From Eledone cirrhosa (lineage: Eukaryota), in the NCBI GenBank assembly GCA_964016885.1, contig OZ024744.1, forward strand, positions 67,518,001 to 67,582,000: a DNA stretch of 64,000 nt, in the 5' to 3' direction. The translations under genes and the position numbers were made by a program. The notes under the pieces are model-generated. The model worked only from the letters and a program-made list of their open reading frames with translations, was not told the origin of the DNA and did no database searches. Shown piece by piece: positions 43,917-57,523 of this stretch. Numbering within the stretch: position 1 is the stretch's first letter; each line of letters begins with the position of its first letter.

Positions 43917-46900
43917 ATGGCCAATATAAGAGTTGGATGTGTGAACGTACGCGGCCTGGGGATGCCCTGGAAACAGGGCAAACTCTTAAACGACCTCAGG
44001 TCGCACAGTATGGATGCGGTAGCCATTTGCGAGTCCAGGATCCACGGCGAGCGACAGCTGGCCCCCATCTTCGATGACTTTGAGATCTACGCATCTCTCT
44101 GTCAACCGGGGGGTGGGGGCGGAGTTGCCGTGTTGCTGCGGAAACACCTGGGCCTCGTAACACAGACGGTACATCTGGACCCGGAGGGTCGACTAGTGGT
44201 CCTAGACGTTGACGGTAGTGAAGGTGGAGCCTTCAGGCTGGTGGCCGCATATGCCCCATCCGGGACACTGCGGCCAGACTTCTTCAAACGTCTAGAGACT
44301 TTTCTGGGAACGTCCCGCTCCTTGCTTTTAGTGGGGGACTGGAAAGGAATCCTAGATGCACGTTGGGACTATGTGGGAGCATGTCCCGATAAAGGGGGGT
44401 ATAACAGCCTCAAACAGTTAATCGACCGATTTGACCTGGCCGATAGATATCGACTAGATTTTCCGACTGCGCCACTGTGGACGTGGAGTAATCGTAGCGG
44501 TACATCTAGATCGTACCTAGATAAGGTTCTAGTTAGAAATAAGGATAGGGACATGTTAAGCTGTCCACAAATGTTCATTGTTGCCTATTCAGATCACAAA
44601 CTAGTGACCTGCATGGCCAACCTTGATAGAACCCATAGACAAGGACCCGGCTACTGGAAGCTGAACTTGTCGTTACCGACAAGCAAAGCCTACAGTAGAC
44701 GGATTAGCACTTTAGTTAAACAGCACTTGACAGGGGCCATAGTCAACAACAGATGGTGATACTCTCTCAAGAGGGCAGTTAGATTAGACTCGATAGTTTT
44801 TAGTAAAGAATTAGCGTTAGATAGAAATAGAACCGAGAAGGAACTGGTAGATAAAGTAGAAGAGGCAATTAGAAGTGGCAACGTAGCCAGCGTGCTAGCA
44901 ACGATAACGGACTTGGACCAGTTCTTCGACGCAAAGCACGAGGGCTGCGTTGTCAGAAGCAAAATACGTGCTCTGGGAAACGAGGGAGCCAAAGCTGTTA
45001 GCTGGGCCCGAGTGACGGAGGCAAAAAGTGGCAACAAGTCCACGATTCGGTCTTTGAAGGACCAAAACGGATGCGTGATACGTGAGCCGAAGCAGATGTG
45101 TGCAGCTTTTCAGCGGCACTTTGCTCGGCTGTTCGGGGGGGGGGGGGGGAGGCTATGGATTTCGGTCCATATCTCGACGGCCTACCGCGACTCTCGGACA
45201 GCGAGGCAAAGTTCTGCGAAAAGCCGATTTCAGCCACTGAGATAGGGGACGCACTGAGCCAATGCGGCAAACGCAAATCTCCAGGTCTCGACGGTCTACC
45301 CTACGAATTTTACGTAGCAATGCCGGACTTATTCTCCGGTCTCCTGGAAGCGGTCTACTGCAACTGGCAACAGAACGGGAGAATTCCCAGTTCTGTAACC
45401 GGGGGCGTGGTCACACTAATCAGGAAGGACGAGAATAAGGGGGATGACATAGGCAACTTCCGGCCCATAACTCTGCTAAACACAGAGTTAGAGATTTTGG
45501 CCAAGGTGTTGGCAAAGATGCTGGCGCTTGTCATCGAGAACCTGGTGGGAGAAGCGCAGTCCCGACCAGGTCCATACACGACAACCTCCACCTCATGCGA
45601 TACATCATAGATAGGGTAGGGTGTAAACCCGGCTTCGGTGGGGCCCTGATCAACTTGGATCAGTCTAAGGCTTTCGATAGGGTTGACCATCATTACCTGG
45701 ATGCGGTGCTCGAGGCGACAGGCTTCGGACCCGTGTTCAGGGGCTGGATTGCTGCAATGCATAACAGCAACATCTGCTCAAGGGTCAAGGTGAACGGCTA
45801 CCTCTCGGAGCCGTTCCATATTACGCGATCCATTCGACAGGGATGCCCTCTCTCCTCGTTTCTGTACGTATTGACTCTCGAGCCACTACTGCGGAAGCTG
45901 AAGCTATTGCAGGGCATCCCTCTGGAACCGGGACTGCGGAAAGCGGCGTCGGCCTACGCCGACGACGTGACAGTAATGGTGTCGAGCGCCTCGCAAATCG
46001 AGGAAGTCGGCACCTTACTGAAGGAATACGAAAGTCTCACAGGAGCGAAGCTGAACCGGGACAAGTCCATCGGTTTGCAACTCGGATCGTGGAGAGGCAA
46101 ACCGATGCCTTCCGATGGCGTCGTCGGACGCTGGACGGAAGGACCGGTAAAGCTGCTCGGGGTCTGGTTTGGTCCGGACCTCCAGGTGGAGAAGAACTGG
46201 AACGAAGTGACGGCCAAGGTGTTTGCACTCACCCAGAAGTGGGCCGAGTGCAAACTATCCTTGAAAGGTCGAGCGGAGGTGGCGAACACTTTTATAGCGT
46301 CCGCCATCTACTACCGCTTGACCGTCGTGCCATGTCCAGCCAAAACGCTCGCCAAAATGGAGCGCGCGCTCTTCCGATTCTTTTGGAAGAGGCGGGCTCC
46401 TTTGGTGAGAAGATCCATCTGCTGCCAACACCCTTCTAACGGAGGGCTGGGGATGCCGTGGTTGACGATGCGCAAACACGCGCTCAGGCTGCGGCATCTC
46501 TACGTATTCCTCACCGGACAACCGGTGTGGGCCCCGTTCGTGAGGCGAGCCTTCCCACGACTCGTCTCGCTGACCGAGCTGCAGTCCTGGGTCAAGCAAA
46601 GACCGAGGAAAATGGGCGACTGGCATATCGAATGTGCTCAGGCGCTCACAGCCCTCTGGCAGGCGGACCCGGCGATCTGTGGAGACTCCACTTCGTCATT
46701 CTATAGAGGGTTGGTCCGCAGCAAGTGCGACGACGCGCTCGGTGAAACTCTAGGCGTAGAGGAAGATGAACTGGCCTGTCTGTTCGGTAGGACCTTCCGC
46801 CCGGGACCGATGGACAACTTCCAAATGTCCCTGGCCTGGCAGTGCTACCGAGGAGCTCTACCAGTTCGAGACAAGCTCTACAGACATGGGCGCCCGGGCA

Positions 46901-47304
46901 GAGACCCTGCAAAAAAGATCTGTCCGAGGTGCGTGCGAGACGAAGAAACCGTCGCGCACGCATTCATACACTGCCCGGGCGTCACTGATCTGTGGGGCTA
47001 TGTGGAACGACTATTGTCGCGGGTGGGACCAATCCAGTTGACCACCGAGTCCATTGTCATGATCAAACCGCCCCCCTCCTTCAAAAACGAAGGAGAGGCG
47101 GTTTTCCTTTGTGTGATAGCTATGGCGAAAGAGGTTGTATGGTGGACAAGGTTGAAAGGGCTGAGGTCAGACACCTTTCTCTCCGGCCAACAACTGATTC
47201 TTTTTTTCAAATACCACTTTGGAAGAAGAATCAGGATGGAGAGAGAGGTGCTGTACCCCAGCAAGTTTTATGAAAGGTGGGTGAAAGTGGCGAGAATGGC
47301 CTGA
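43917..47304 (+). pseudogene. LINE ORF2: APE endonuclease, reverse transcriptase and Cys-rich domain; stop at 44757, frameshifts near 45140 and 45560
   Basis: NVRGL, GGVAVLL, AYAP, VGDW, SYLD, SDHKLV, GPGYWKLN, KSPGLDGLP, NFRPITLLN, LDQSKAFDRVDH, RQGCPLS, YADD, CPRC..ETVAHAFIHC. Confidence 0.93.
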
Positions 47305-47779
47305 GTGAATGGGCCTTCTCTCTATATCAGCCTGTAGGTTGAGGAAAAGGAGGAGGAGAGGAAAGGAGTACAAACTCTTCGTACTCCTGGAGATGAGGGT
47401 TGCACATTTTTTTTCGGGGGTATGTGTTACCCATATAAACTGTCTCCCTCTATTGGGGAAAATCGACTAACTTTTTAAATTCCATTTGTGATAACATTTT
47501 ACACGTTTTTATTGTATGTAAACTTCCCCCTTTGTATTTGTCACCTTCTTTTGTGCCCCTGTGGCTAATAAAGAAATATATCTATATATCTATCTCTTTC
47601 TGTACCGTATAAATACTTAACTCTTTATGTAATTGTCATTTGTATTTCCAGGCACTTTCTTTCTTTCTCTTTCTCTCTCTCCTCTCTCTCACCCCTCTCT
47701 CTTTCTATCTCTCTTTCTGTACTGTATAGATACTTAACTCTATATGTAATTGTCATTTGTATTTCCAGACACTTTCTTT

Positions 47780-47830
<51 letters not shown>

Positions 47831-47986
47831 ACCCTCTCTCTCTTCTTTCATTGTCACTTTATTTCTCTTGTGGTGTTCTCTGCACTGTTTATCTGGAGAG
47901 AGAAAGAAAAAAATGTGAGAGAGAAAGAAAAAAATGTGAGAGAGAAAGAAAAAAATGTGAGAGAGAAAGTGTGTGTATGTGTGTCT

Positions 47987-48052
<66 letters not shown>

Positions 48053-48180
48053 AGAATATGTGGATGTGAGAGAGTGTGAGAAAGAAAAAGAGGGTGGAAA
48101 TCAAGAGAGAAGCTAAAAGCTATGATAAAACTTTTTCTCATTGTTCGGTCTTATTTCAAACTTAAATTGTTCTCTCTCTT

Positions 48181-48262
<82 letters not shown>

Positions 48263-48337
48263 CAATCTTTACTTGAGGCTTGTTTTGTTGTATGAATTTG
48301 TGACCTCCAACCCTTGTCTCTTCAGGAGAGCAGTGAG

Positions 48338-48385
<48 letters not shown>

Positions 48386-48819
48386 GGGAGTGAAAGTTCA
48401 GACAGTCATTGGGTATGACACCATTTTGTATTATTTGGTTTACAATATGGGTGGTTAAGGTGTGGTTCACCATCCCAGAAGTTTTCTGCAAAGCTGGGTG
48501 AAAAGCTCCTAAAATTCATGTTTGGCAGGCAGATGTTAAATTGTTTATATTTATCTAAAAGAACCTTCTATAATAATTATTTCTACTTTTTGGCACACAG
48601 CCAGCAATTACCCAATGCATTACTGGTACTTTATTTTATCGATCCCCGTATGGATGAAAGGCAAAGTTAACCTCAGCGGGATTTGAACTCAGATCATAAA
48701 GGGACGTAACTATGCTGGAAAGCATGGCGTCCGACGCTCTACCGATACTGCCAATCCATATAATAATGGGGAATATTGTTGGATAGTTATGAAATGATTT
48801 TCAAAATGTGGGTATGTGT

Positions 48820-49075
48820 ACATGAAACGTACATATACACCAGGTCCAAACACAAAAGAACCAAACACCCACTCTCACTGCCTCCATCTCTCCCACTCTC
48901 CCCATCTCACATCATGAGCAAATGGGGGCTCATGCGCTGGCCGCCCCTGGTGAAGGAGACGCTCTGGAAGAGCCATTCCAGCTCATGAGGCTTACACCTG
49001 CTGGTAGCCAACTCTGTGCTGATGGTGGTGAGTAGGGAGGGGAGGGGTTCCCCTAGGGCCAAGGGCACCAGATGT
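48820..49075 (+). repeat. ~250-bp interspersed repeat with an inverted relative at ~54000-54290
   Basis: Shared ACACCAGGTC[C/T][A/G]AACACAAA, CCATTCCAGCTCATGAGG and CCAACTCTGTGCTGATGGTGGTGAGTAGGGAG blocks. Confidence 0.6.
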
Positions 49076-49616
49076 CTCGACTGCTATGAATCATGGTATT
49101 GAGGTTATATTTTGCATTCTATATTTTACTGGTTTAAGTAATTGACTATGACCATACTGGAACACCACTTTGATTTAATCTATCATATCAACCTATCCCA
49201 GTACTTATACTTTTCAAAATTTGTACTTATTTTTTATCGATCTTTTCATTGTCAAACTATTAATTTATTAGACACAAGCATAAACATAGACAAATATTAA
49301 TATATATATATTTTTGTTTATATACTAAATTTTATTCACAGTTGTATAAATAACATTACAAATTGTTCACAATTCTTTCAGAATGAAAATATAAACACAA
49401 CTGTAAACACAGATAATAAATACAATTAACTGTTGCTTGGAACTTAACAAATATAACACACCAAAATATATGAACAGAGCAAGAGAAAGAAAAAAAACGG
49501 GATAAGGGAACAAAAACGAAAACAAGCATCGATTCACCACCAAGTGTTACAATTGGCCGCACATCACAAGGGTGAACAGAAATTTTGGAGGCAAGCCATA
49601 TATATATATATACTGT

Positions 49617-50950
49617 AAAAATGTGGTTGGTGCTAGGAAGGGCATCTAACCGTAGAAAACCTGCCAGATAGTCCTATACGAGCGAGACATGGTCACCTGA
49701 CCAATCTTGCCTCAAATTGGGGCAACTCCCGTCTAACCCATGTTAGCATGGAAGATAGACGTTAAACGAGATGATGATGATATATATATATAGATATATA
49801 TATATATATATGGGAAAATGGCAGAATGGGGTAAACAGAAAGCTAAGAGAGAAGCTAGACAACAAGTATACTTTGCAAGTAAGCAGAATAAAAGATTAAA
49901 AAAATTAAGCATGTTTTACGACATGAGGAACAAAGACGTGAGTTGTTCAGGATTGAGAGGTAGTGTGTCAGGGAAAATTGTGACATCGTTGGAGAGAAGT
50001 GTGTCAGAGATGATAATGGTGTGCTTACCCTCACTGACACTGAAAAGAAAGTAGGATGGAAGTGCCATTATGAAAGATTACTGAATGAGGAGAATGTATG
50101 GGAGGAAGACTGTCTGCCCTAAGTGAACCCAACAAAGGAACCAGCTGTACATGTCAGCAACAACATAGTAAGTAAGGCAATTAAGGATATAAAGACAGAC
50201 AAAGCAGCTGGACCATCAGGGATAGTTGCTGAGATGCTGAAAGCATCTGCTATGGTGGGACACACCTTAACCACTCACATTGTAAATCAGTACAAAGCGG
50301 TGTCAAACTCAATGACTGGCATAGCAGCAGCCTCATTGGCAACTGCTATAAGGGCAAAGGAGATGCACTAGATACAGAAAACTATAGAGGCATCAATGTA
50401 AAGGTCAGTCTAACCTGCCCCAATCTTCTCTCCACCCCTCCTCATTCTCTCTCCCTAGTCTTAATACCCCATTCTCACCTGCTAAATATCCCACACACCT
50501 ATTCAATGTCGAATTTCATTTCCTGTCCTCCCTGATACACCTTGCCTGCCCAACCCATACATACAAGCATGAAAGCTAGACACTCTATATCTGATCTCCA
50601 CAATGCTGTTGCCACAACAAAAAGCACAAAGTCCACTCTGTATGGTGTATATCTGGTGACACAACAACAAACACACCCAGTCCATCCTGTAAGGTGGTTG
50701 TATTAGTGACACGAGAAAAAGCACCCAGTCCACACTGTAAGGTGGAAATACTGGTGACACATCAAAAAGCACCCAGTCCACCCTATAAGGTGGTTGTGCT
50801 GGTGACATGACAACAAGTGCCCAGTCCACACATAAGGTAGTTATGTTGGTGATACAACAAAAGCACCCCACCTTGTAAGGTGGTCGTTTCAATGCATACT
50901 GTAATGTGGTTGGTGTTAGGAAGAGCATCCAGCTATAGAAACCGAGCCAA
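49617..50950 (+). mobile_element. Degenerate RTE LINE fragments (3' UTR tail, ORF fragment KAAGPSGIVAEMLK, ~46-bp repeat-containing UTR)
   Basis: Similarity to 55990-57385 and RT domain-0 motifs. Confidence 0.7.
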
Positions 50951-52156
50951 AATATAAATCCATATGAGCATAATGTTGTCTCTGGGCCTGAAAATTAATA
51001 CCAGCAGTAGCTGGGGGGTTTAACCCTGAGATGGACTGGTGTCACAGTACTGTTTCGTACTTTTCAAAAATGTCCTGTTAATGCAGTTTCATGCAGTACA
51101 AGACATTAACAGTTAACCCTTTAACATTCACATTACTCTATTTATACTATTGTATTTTCACAGTAAAGGCTTTATCTTACATAATATCAAAGCTATGAGA
51201 TTTTGACGCTTTTTTATTTTGAGAACAATACCTTAACATCATTTGAGCAGCAGGTTACAGCCGGTTTGAATAGAAAGAGGTGAGAAAATTGTGGCCGGAT
51301 AAGGCCGGTTTAAATATTAGAGAGTTAAACCAGCTACATGTGATCAAAAATCTCTGTTATAGCTCTAAAGGATATTGCACCTGATCAGCAGATTATCCCT
51401 GTTATGTTTTTCCAAAAACAATTGAAATGAGAACCTAAAAATGATGAGTAAGTGAATATATATTGAAACACGGACTTTTTGAAGGTGTATAACCCTTTAG
51501 CATTTAAACCAGCCGAATCCGGCCAGAATTCCCTCACCTCTTTCTATTCAAACCGACTATAACCATCGGTCATACTGATGTTAAGGTATTGTTCTTAGAA
51601 TAAATAACATCAAAATCTCATAGATTCAATATTATGTGAGATAATTATGTGAAGTAAAGCCTTTACCATGTAAATATAATAATAAATATAGAGTATTGTA
51701 AATGCTAAAGGGTTAAATGACCAAAAATTACAAAATGTCCTCTAAGTATACATACAGTTAAGACTTTAGAATATTCTGGAACATGCATGCTTGTCATATT
51801 CTGATTGGATAATAGTAGATTCATCCAATGAATGATACTTGTTGTCCTGGTTTCAACCAATCCATTTTTGCATGCCAAATATTCACACATCTGCCTACTT
51901 TCACACCTGCCTTTGAGTGTATTATGTTACCTTTGCAGAAAAGCAATGACTTGGTCTTCCTTGATAATTTGCAAGTCATGATTTCAATTCTCACCTATGG
52001 ATCTGCGAAAACCAATAGGTAGGAGACCCAGGAGTAGACCACGAGCAGGATGGTTGGATAACATCTATAAGCTTGGCTGGTCATGCTTGGGGATCTAGCT
52101 GGATCAGTTGGAGACTGTTGTTTCTGACATGATCCATTGGAGAGAGATAAGTGAGC

Positions 52157-52157
<1 letters not shown>

Positions 52158-52191
<34 letters not shown>

Positions 52192-52232
52192 AGAAGAAGA
52201 AGAAGAAGAAGAAGAAGAAGAAGAAGAAGAAG
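52158..52232. repeat. (GAA)n microsatellite
   Basis: Read directly. Confidence 0.95.
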
Positions 52233-53280
52233 ACCTATGGATCTTCCTAACAACCCCCAAATATTACCTTTCTCTGCTGCATGACCTCATCGCTAAAACA
52301 AGATACAGTACAACCCATGGGAAGATCTGTATGATGAATATCAAAAATACTTCTGATATTTTAACACAGGCTGACTATGAAGGAGTGGCACCAGAGCTGT
52401 GAAATCTTGTATGCATTAATTTCAACTCTTCTTATTAATAACTGCATTGTTTCTTTCCAGGGACTATGTTGAAAAATAAATCTCATTTGGTCATTGCATG
52501 AGAGTATCTTGGTCAGCCTATGAACTTTTCATCCAACCCTCATATTACCTGAAAATATAGTATGTTACTAAATACTTTCTTGAAATGTTATATTTTTCTG
52601 ACAACAGTGAAAAAAGATCATTTGACATCTATTTTAAAAATTTAATCTATTATTGGAATTGTAAGAATATGCAATACACTTATAAAATTTACATCTATCT
52701 GTAAATGTTTAAATTCCAAAAATAGAGTTCTGTTTCTTATTTGGAAGCCATCCACATCATTATAGGATAAGTTCAAAGAATTAAAGAGAGAGAGAGAGAA
52801 AGAGAGAGAGAGATTCTTTGGCTTACTACCTTGAATACTTTAGTGTCCAATTTACAAATATTATACAGGTAAATTGATAAATATGTAGGTAGATTTGATA
52901 AACAGTTTCACCAAAGAAGTAAACATCTTTTTGCTCTAGTATGATTTGTGTCTCCAGTAAAGATGTCACAGATTTTAATCAGATTATTTAACACTTATTT
53001 CTTGAGGCAAATCTCAACCATAATCCGTTTGGCTGTTGCTATTTGTTCAGATTATTCAAGTAGTTCCTTGCTATTTTGTTGATGTTATTTTTGTATGTTT
53101 ATAGAAGGCTTGAGGAAATAACAGGGAAGCAATGTTGTGCTGTTTAACTCTTGATATTCTGTAATAATTGTGTAGAGAAGTGGATTTGTTAATTCAAATG
53201 TTTATAGTATCTTTACTGGTGAACAGCTAGTTTTCAGAATTTGTAGTATAAGAATAAAGATTTTCATTTTTGATAAGATG

Positions 53281-53871
53281 TACCATATATATTCACATAT
53301 AAGCTGAGAAATATATGACAACAAAAATCAACATTCAAGGTCAATATTTTGCTGATTTTCACCAATTTTAAAATTCTACAAAAATGAGGGACTAAAATAT
53401 TTTTGCTTTGAAGGGGAATATTACACCAGTTTCACTTTGGAGGTGAATATTACACCAGTTTCACTTTGGAAATGAATATTACACTGGTTTCACTTTGGAG
53501 GTGAATATTACACCAGTTTCACTTTGGAGGTAAATATTACATCAGTTTCACTTTGGCAATGAATATTACACCGGTTTCACTTTTTATGTGAAATTTGTAT
53601 TTCCAATTGTTTTTTGATATGGTTTAAATGAATGTGGTCTTCAAAACAGTCGGAAATTGGTAAAAAAAGATTACTAAATGATTTTTATATCAAAATATTA
53701 AAAGTTCATAAATATACTCTCTACTCATGAGAATTTCAAAACTGCACCATTTAAACCTTATGTGTTGATTACCTACCTCAGTTTATAAAAGGGGGTTTGA
53801 AATTTTTGCCTGTTTCTCAGACATAAAATAGAGGCTTATATTCAGATTGGCTTATATTTGAGTATATACAG
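53281..53871. mobile_element. pogo/Tigger-like non-autonomous element containing about 6 copies of a 29-bp tandem repeat (53416-53582)
   Basis: Degenerate TIRs TACCATATATATTCACATATAAGCTGA / TTGGCTTATATTTGAGTATATACAGA. Repeat unit GAATATTACACCAGTTTCACTTTGGAGGT. Internal sequence also appears at ~26671-27470. Confidence 0.6.
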
Positions 53872-55989
53872 AAAGTCATAGTAGTGCATCATTTGTACTT
53901 TTCAAGAATGTCTGGTAATGTGGTTTTATGTGGTACAGGATGTAGAGAGTTGAACAACATATAGGTTGATTTATATCCTATCACTGGCAGTGGAGACTTC
54001 TGGTGTCCTTTGCCCTAGGACCACCACCTCCCTACTCACCACCATCAGCACAGAGTTGGCTAGCCACAGGTGTGAACCTCACGAGCTGGAATAGCTCTTC
54101 CAGTGAGCCTCCCTCATCATCCTATGGGGAAACGTCTTCTCTATTTGTCTGCTGAGGCCATGTGGTGGCCAGCATGTGGGCTCCCAATTGCTCATAATAG
54201 TAAGAGATGAGGAGAGAAGGAGGGACAGAGGCAGTGACAGTGGGAGTTTGGTACCTTTGTGTTCAGACCTGGTGTATATATGTGTATACAAGAAAGAATG
54301 AGTCTTTCCCATTAGTGTTTAGGTTCCCCATAGCTGGAGTAGAGTAGCTGGTGATGAGCTCCACTATCAAATGAAATGGCTACATATGATGCCAGTAAAC
54401 TAACTACAATGCCTTTACATCATGGCACTGGTTCCACTAAACTGGGAAAAGTGTGAATGTTAGTGTTTGGTGTGCTAGCTGTCAAAATTACCCACTCAAA
54501 GTCTGATATGGATCTGGTCAGGACTGTGGCAGTTAGTAGAAGCCATAGCCTCAGGTGTCTGAAAAAGACCTAGGGCAAACTGAAGTAAAGCCAGCCATTA
54601 TATTAATTCTTAAGTTTTGGCTGATGCTTTCAGTTTGTCAATATCCTGGTAATTACAAAATGTAATTTGATAGTACTGGTGAATTTTGGTAAACCCCCCC
54701 CCAAACTATGGTTATGCATGAAGATAGATGAAACCTTGGCAGTGGTAAAATATGCCAAATATGAGCTGAAACAGTTACAGTTACTGGCACAGAATATATT
54801 TGTTGCCATGTTACCTAACTTCAAACTCTCCAGACAAACCACCTAGTTCTGAATAAGCATCACAGTAGGTACCACAATGTGGGATAATTCCTCTAGATGT
54901 AAGTAGGTTATCTTTATCTCTTCCCATCCTCATTACTGAGAGTTGGAGAACACAGAAAATTGCACAAATACTCATCTATATGATACTATATGTCCATGAT
55001 TCTCATCTGGAAAAAAAGTAACATTGCTGGGTTCCAGATCCTCTTCCAGCCATTATTAGGAATCTGACTACTGAGACACAGTTCATCCACTTTCACCAAA
55101 ATCATGAAGTCATTGGCCACTTGGAAGGTTGTCTCCAAGAAGACTAAGAAGTCCTATGTACCCCAGTTTTGAAATCAGAATGATCCTTCTCTTAGACAGA
55201 CTACCAACCAATGTTAATGAGTTCTATCTACCTGGGTTTTTTTACTCACTATTGGATGGCCATTGACTCTTCTGAGTTCTTCTCTCTTTGACAAGTTTTC
55301 TTTCTCATTCTGCAGGGTGTCCAAAAATCACCCTCTTCACCATGAAGGAAGCTTGGTAGAGTTGCCAGTTTAGTCGTTGTTTAAGTAGTACTGAGCTACA
55401 TGTTACCATTAGCACTCAAGTGACCTGACATTGTAAATAGGTACCAAGAGAAAATTCAGTCCATCAAGTTACAAATAGGTGCTATTGTAAAATACAGTTA
55501 CTCTAGAAATTATTAACAACATATTTTAAATATTTAGTATAATGAAGAGATACAGCGTCATACCATTTAACTAATACTAGTTGATATCTGTAGGAAAAAA
55601 CATGGACAAATGGTTGTAATTCTAGCATGAGGAGGACAAGATGGTAAGATAATCATAGGGGTTTGAGTAAGTGTTGTATGCAGTTTAGTAATTCAGGAGC
55701 ATATGAACTATATTACAGTACAGTTGGGAAAAAAGTTTAGGAAATATATTTCATTGTTGTTATAGTTGTGATGTGAAGGTTTCTATATCAATAAACAAAC
55801 CAGGATTTTTTCATTCTGAGGATTGAAAGCAAAACCTTTTTCTTTTAAGAAACCACTGGTAAATGGAATAATTGCCTTATGTTGTTTATTACATAATAAT
55901 AATAATTAAGCTCTGTTGCCTACATAGAGCACTCTTTTTTCCTGGACTTTTCCGATGGAATTACTTCATTTATACATATATATATAGAT

Positions 55990-57385
55990 TAGAGATCGAA
56001 TTGATCTAGATGAACTGCAGTTTGGGTTTGTGCCAGGTAAAAGCACCACAGATGCTCTTTTCTTTGTATGGCAACTACAGGATAAGTATCTGGCTAAAAA
56101 TTAACCCCTCTACTTAGCTTTTGTTGACTTGGAAAAAGCCTTTGACAGAGTCCACCACTCCATTATCTGGTTGGCTCTTAGAAAACTAGGAGTAGGTGAG
56201 TGGCTTGTGAGAGCTACTCAAGCCATGTATAGAGAAACAGTCAGCAAGGTTAGAATTAACAATGAATATAGTGAAGAATTTAGCGTAAAAGTTGGTGTTC
56301 ATCAAATCTCTGTCCTTAGCCCCTCCAGTTTATTATTGTCCTACAGGCTAAAACAGAGGAGTTTAAGACTGGCTGCATATGGGAACTTCTATATGGAGAT
56401 GATCTAACTCTCATGGTTGAATCTATGGCTGAACTAGAGAAGAAGTTCCAAACATGGCAGCATGGCCTAGAATCAAAAGGCTTTAAAGTTAACTTGGTGG
56501 AGGGTGCTCTGAAAGTATAGTTGCCAGAGTTAGAACAGGATGGAAAAAGTTCAGAGAGCTAATACCGCTGTCGGCCACTAGGGGTTTTTCTCTAAAAATG
56601 AAAGGCAGATTGTATGATGCTTATATACGAATGGCAATATTACATGGTAGTGAGACCTGGGCATTGTGTGCTGAAGACCTGCGTAGATTAGAAAGAAATG
56701 AAGTTTGCATGTTCCAATGGATGTGTAATAGCAATGTGTGTGAACAGCAAAGCATAAAAGAATTGAGAGAGAGACTAAGCATAAGAGGTATCAAATGTTG
56801 TGTTCTGGAGAGGAGATTGCGTTGGTATGGCCATGTGATGTGTATGAAGGACAACAGCTGTATAAAAAAGTGCAGAGCAATCAAAATTGATGGAAGCTAC
56901 GGAGTGGATAGACCAAGAAAAACCTGGGATAAGGTGATAAAAACTGACCTTGCTCACTTACACCTCTCTAAGACAATGTCACTGGACCGAGGTCTTTGGC
57001 GCTATGCAGTTATACAGAAGACCCACCTTCCCGTGCATCAAACTTAAACCTACAGTCAGTAGGCTCCTCTTAACCCAATATACCCCCTCACCTCACACAT
57101 CCTACTCCATCCTCCCACTTCCTTCCACTGTAAAGTGGTCTGTCGGTGACACAACAAAAAGCACCCAGTCCACACTGTAGAGTGGTCATGTAGCAGACAT
57201 GAAAAAGGCTCCCAGTCCACACTGTAAATGTGGTTGGTGTTAGGAAGGGCATCAAGCCGTAGAAAACCTGCCCGGGACAGTTCTGTATGAGCGAGATACG
57301 GTCTCCCAACCAATCTTGCCTCAAGTGGAACAAAACCATCCAACACATGCTGGCATGGAAGTTGGATGTTAAACGATGATGATGA
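55990..57385 (+). mobile_element. RTE-clade LINE, 5'-truncated and degenerate
   Basis: QFGFVPGKSTTDA, FVDLEKAFDRV, LHGSETW, RRLRWYGHV, RPRKTW; 3' end GTTAAACGATGATGATG. Confidence 0.88.
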
Positions 57386-57457
57386 GGAGGCTATATATAT
57401 ATTTATAAAATTTTTTCAGGGTATGTCAATAATTATTTATAAAACTAATCTGTATTG

Positions 57458-57523
57458 TATTTTATCTGATGAAAGCACACCATAATTTGCCTTGGTGGCC
57501 CTTGAAATATGTATAATAAAATA
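57458..57523 (+). ncRNA. Solo type I hammerhead motif in a short TA-flanked remnant related to the 35.8/38.8 kb family
   Basis: TATTTTAT-CTGATGA-AAG..CACCA..TGGTG..CTT-GAAA-TATGTA-TA-ATAAAATA. Confidence 0.75.

Larger units (their letters stand above)
41757..47580 (+). mobile_element. Near full-length L1/Tx1-type LINE
   Basis: 5' UTR follows (CTAT)n, then ORF1, ORF2 (APE-RT-Cys) and a 3' UTR ending AATAAAGAAATATA before TCTA-type repeats. Confidence 0.92.

Noticed and set aside
47590-47840. ~118-bp tandem duplication after the Tx1 element as a possible TSD
   Set aside because: Both copies lie on the same side of the element, so this is a local duplication in CT-rich sequence.
52151-52402. 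Poly-Glu ORF, and the many YI/CV/HT/SL/ER-repeat ORFs
   Set aside because: These are translations of microsatellites.
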